Positions 60,631 through 64,000 of a stretch of 64,000 nt of DNA are shown here, one piece after another. The notes beneath the pieces are model-generated. The model searched no databases, was not told the DNA's origin, and saw nothing but the letters and a program-made list of their open reading frames with translations. A program made the translations under genes and the position numbers. Numbering within the stretch: position 1 is the stretch's first letter; each line of letters begins with the position of its first letter. This DNA is from Pocillopora damicornis (lineage: Eukaryota), in contig NW_020846275.1 in assembly GCF_003704095.1 (NCBI RefSeq), positions 1 through 64,000 on the forward strand. The letters run 5' to 3'.

Positions 60631-61390
60631 ACGTTTTGAGCATTAGCCCTTTGTCAGAGTGAAACTTGTCCTTTCATTCACAATGTAGAGAAAATGTTGG
60701 AACCCAAGAGATCATTAGGATCACATGTACCTCCACTACTGTCATCAACTGCATAACTTGCACTTATTGCAAAATGTTATACATTGGTGGAACAGGAAGA
60801 CAACTAGGTGACCAATTCCAAGAACTCCTTCGCCAAGTAGAGAGAAATGACAAGGACGCATCCAAACCAGTCACTAGACACTTTAATCTCCCTAAACATT
60901 CTAAACAGCATATGGCAGTTTGCAAACTTTCCTCACATCTGGACAGTTTGGAAAACCGTGGCACAACCGTTTGTGGCACAAAACTGTAGAACAAAAATTT
61001 ATCTTTCAAACTGGCATCATCGATCCCCATGCCATCAATAGGCACTTTCCATTCAACTAATTTATTATTGAGGTTTAATTCCTCATGAGGACTCAGAATT
61101 TTTTCTTTGTCCCACACTTGTGACAAGATGAAAAAGACATCTTTCTCTAATTTATTCTTGTTTTCTCATCACCATATCCCCACCAATAGCATAGCTCCAC
61201 TTTCTGAATATAAACACACACACAACCCACAAATCCTCCGATCGCTCTGACAAAGGGCAAACACTCAAAGGTCAGCTTTGAAACTCTTTACAGTGGCCAA
61301 TTATGTTATCAACTCAGTTGATAATACTAAGTTACCCTGTTATACTCTTCCACTGATGCAGCACCAAAGTTTCTTTAGAAACTTACCCCC
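60631..61390 (+). mobile_element. Truncated, degenerate Penelope-like element (GIY-YIG endonuclease remnant plus terminal repeat, with inverted 5' fragment)
   Basis: ORF 60666-60989 TCTSTTVINCITCTYCKMLYIGGTGRQL..PVTRHFN..H is a Penelope GIY-YIG pattern. The 3' repeat has a decayed hammerhead core (~61243-61275), and an inverted copy of that core lies at 60631-60659. Confidence 0.8.
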
Positions 61391-61931
61391 TTTGTTATGA
61401 TGAATTTGGAGTTTGGATTAATACCATGGTGGCTAAAACTTTACAAAAGTTAACTCATAAAATCTCTAATCACTGGCCTCAAAAGATACCCATTCCAAAT
61501 TGAATCATAAATTCAGAATCCATAACATATAGTAACAGTAGTCACTGCCCCACAAACAATGAAAGCCTAACTAACAAGATTGTATCTATGTTCATATTAC
61601 TTCTTAAAAAAACCCCCACATGGAACAATAAGTCAACAAAGAAGTGTCTACATCAGTTTTATTCAGTTGAAAAAATAATTAGTAGCTTCACAATGGAAAG
61701 TGTTTGTCAAATGCAAAATATTCGTATCTAAAATACATTCACTGTGATCTTTGAACAAACAGAGAAATTTTGAAAAAACCCAACACCTAGCCAAGGGAAT
61801 CAATCCATGCAACCTGCACACTAAAACTGGAATATCTACAAAATTTGACATTTACTTTAGACTGTCTACTTAAGACTACTTGCTGGCTGAGCACAAAAGA
61901 TTACATTTTGCAAGGCACAGAGGAATCTCTT

Positions 61932-63067
61932 TCAAGAGGAAGGGTTTGCTCTCTTGACAATAATAGGACCCACATTGTCTCCAGTTTCCTTGTTGTGTTC
62001 GTTGTGGCTACCATCACAGTAAGGGAACTGAAAAAATAAGAAGACAAACAGAGTGAACTGATTGTTGACTTTGATATAAAAGTATAACATGGTGAAAAAA
62101 TAATAATATCCTAAAACATCTGTGAGAAATACCATGAAAATGATAATATATTTTGTAAGAAAATCCAAATCGAGAAAAATCAGGATGCCTGCACAGAACA
62201 TGGCAAAGATCTCAAAAATTCATATACTCAAGGAGAAATCACTTTTTGTAAGTAACTTACAACATTACTTGATTAAATGCCACCCTCTGATAAATGCTAC
62301 CCTTCATTGAACACCAGTGATGGAAGCAAAATTACTAATAAGACACTCTCCTGTAAAATAATACTGAAATCCTCGATCAGAAGAATGCAGTTATTATTTG
62401 GGTATTATTGGTGTAACTTATAAGTACAGCACAACTAAATAAGTTTGTCATCCCCAGTTTTTTTAAAACCACGCAATCAGAATTCCATCCCAGCAAAAAA
62501 CATATTACATATAATATTCACTGATTAGTAATGTAAATTTTGTCTGTGATTTTCAAAATGTGATTTTGAAATCAGCACTGCCCTTGAATAAACGCTGCAT
62601 TGGAAGCCTTGATTTGGTATGTCAAACAATTTTGAAAGCTGATTTACCCCCCGCCCCCACAGATTTCCATGTCCAAGGGAGGGGCCCAAGAGATCAAAAG
62701 GTTTCGCGTCAGACCTCACTGCCATTTTACCTCTGGTTCTGGTAGAAGTACTAACCTTCTTCGATTTCCAGCAACGGCAACAAACCATTTTGTCTCCTAG
62801 GTCTTCAATTTGAAATGTATCAGCAACTTTTTCCTTCTCCTTCTCTACTGTCTTGTTCACCCACTCATGTTCTTTTTTTTTTGGCTTCGATGGAATCAGA
62901 GCTGAAACTACGAGATACACAGCCACAGAGGTTGTCACCACCAATGGTACAAGCTGCACCCATTCACTGCCAGAAAGCTTTAGAAATCCGCCAAATGTGG
63001 AAGGGATTGGCAGGGATCTCAAATAATTGGGGAGCTGCACTTTAACTCCGCGAGACACGGCGTCCAT
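61932..63067 (-). CDS. CISD2: CDGSH iron-sulfur (NEET) protein, CISD2/NAF-1-like, copy B, 2 exons, 135 aa
   Basis: Exons 63067-62756 and 62027-61932. Motif CCRCWKSKK|[22 protein letters not shown]; same intron position as copy A. Confidence 0.93.
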
Positions 63068-63223
63068 TTCGGTTTCAAGAATCACGTGAACGACGTACCG
63101 GGTAATTGTTTTGTTGTTCTTTTGTACTCTTTGTTTCTTCGCATCGTTAGCGGCTAGTCAGCAGCTTCTGAAAGTAACGTCTAACACGTCATGTTTGACG
63201 ATGTTTAAAAGCAGATTTTCATC
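63068..63223. promoter_or_regulatory. Compact bidirectional promoter region between CISD-B and SLC9B
   Basis: Only 156 bp separate the divergent ATGs; contains TCACGTGA (63082-63089) and is CpG-rich relative to its flanks. Confidence 0.7.
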
Positions 63224-63786
63224 ATGGCGGACGAAAACAACTTGCAAATTCGAAACCAAGAAGCTGCTATAACTAGCAAAAGAGCCAGAGTTTTACAATT
63301 TATTGGACTTTTTATTCCTCCTTCAGGGTTTTTTGGACAAACTTTGACTCGTGCTGTGATTGTCATCCTCAGCTGGGCAGTATTATGGTCCATTCTTGGT
63401 GCTGAACTTCTACCAGGAGGCAACATCTTCGGAATTTTCAACGTGATAGTGCTTGCCGCTTTAGGTGGCTTTATGACCAGAAAAATCTCTAAAGGCACCT
63501 TGCCTTCGCTACTAGGGATGCTTGTTGTTGGATTCATTTTACGTAATGTGCCAGGGATCAATGTAGCGCGCCATATTGACAAGAAATGGTCAGCAACTTT
63601 GCGTAGTATGGCGCTTGTTGTAATTCTTACGCGATCAGGTTTGGAACTGGACCCAGGAGCTTTGCGGCGGCTTAAATTCACTGTAATTCGCTTGGCTTTT
63701 TGCCCATGTATTGGAGAGGCCATCACGGTTGCTGTTGTCGGTAAACTGTTATTAAACATGCCTTGGCTTTGGGGGTTTCAACTTGG
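63224..63786 (+). CDS. SLC9B2: First coding exon of a Na+/H+ antiporter NHA (SLC9B1/2-like); the gene continues beyond the window
   Basis: LPGGNIFG, LPSLLGMLVVGFILRNVP, WSATLRSMALVVILTRSGLELDP and RLAFCPCIGEA are NHA2-type motifs. Donor GG|gtaagt at 63786. Confidence 0.88.
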
Positions 63787-64000
63787 GTAAGTGTCAGCGA
63801 TATTCGACCGCAAGCGCTAGACGAGCCGCTGCAAATGCCGCTTTTAAGACTAACAGGTTTTTTTTTATATCAAACATTGATTGAAATGAGTGCGGTGCTA
63901 TCCAGGATAAAGGGGCATGTGATCAATTAGAATATGTACACCATGAGAAACATATTTCAATGTTTAAAATTATTCTAGGAGCAGTTTGTTTGATTGAGTT

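Noticed and set aside
63205-63759. 184-aa - strand ORF
   Set aside because: Antisense shadow of the SLC9B exon.

Overview
This is intron-rich animal genomic DNA; the repeat families and gene content suggest a cnidarian, probably a stony coral (inference). Exons were spliced by hand using GT/GC-AG sites and reading-frame continuity. Gene order: filamin+NHL (TRIM2/3/71-like) exon (+); SIRT1 (-, 12 coding exons, ~768 aa); two tandem UBE2D/UbcH5 genes (-, 6 exons, 147 aa each); a ~29-kb, 36-exon ADAMTS2/3/14-like procollagen N-proteinase (+, ~1590 aa); two tandem CISD2-like NEET genes (-); and exon 1 of an SLC9B/NHA antiporter (+) head-to-head with the second CISD. The main novelty candidate is the ADAMTS. 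It carries two tandem von Hippel-Lindau (VHL) beta-domain-like modules between prodomain and metalloprotease domain, retaining the T/H/W equivalents of the hydroxyproline pocket, so it may be a secreted collagen protease with hydroxyproline-reader domains. It also has one MAM domain inserted inside the Cys-rich domain and a second before PLAC. Other observations: a U12-type intron in SIRT1, a GC-AG intron and a 20-nt microexon in ADAMTS, UBE2D-CISD-SLC9B microsynteny shared with human 4q24/10q21, MiT/TFE-type E-boxes at several genes, Penelope remnants with hammerhead-like cores, and several MITE families. There is a 78-N gap at 16886-16963. No alignments or database searches were run; family comparisons rest on recalled sequences.
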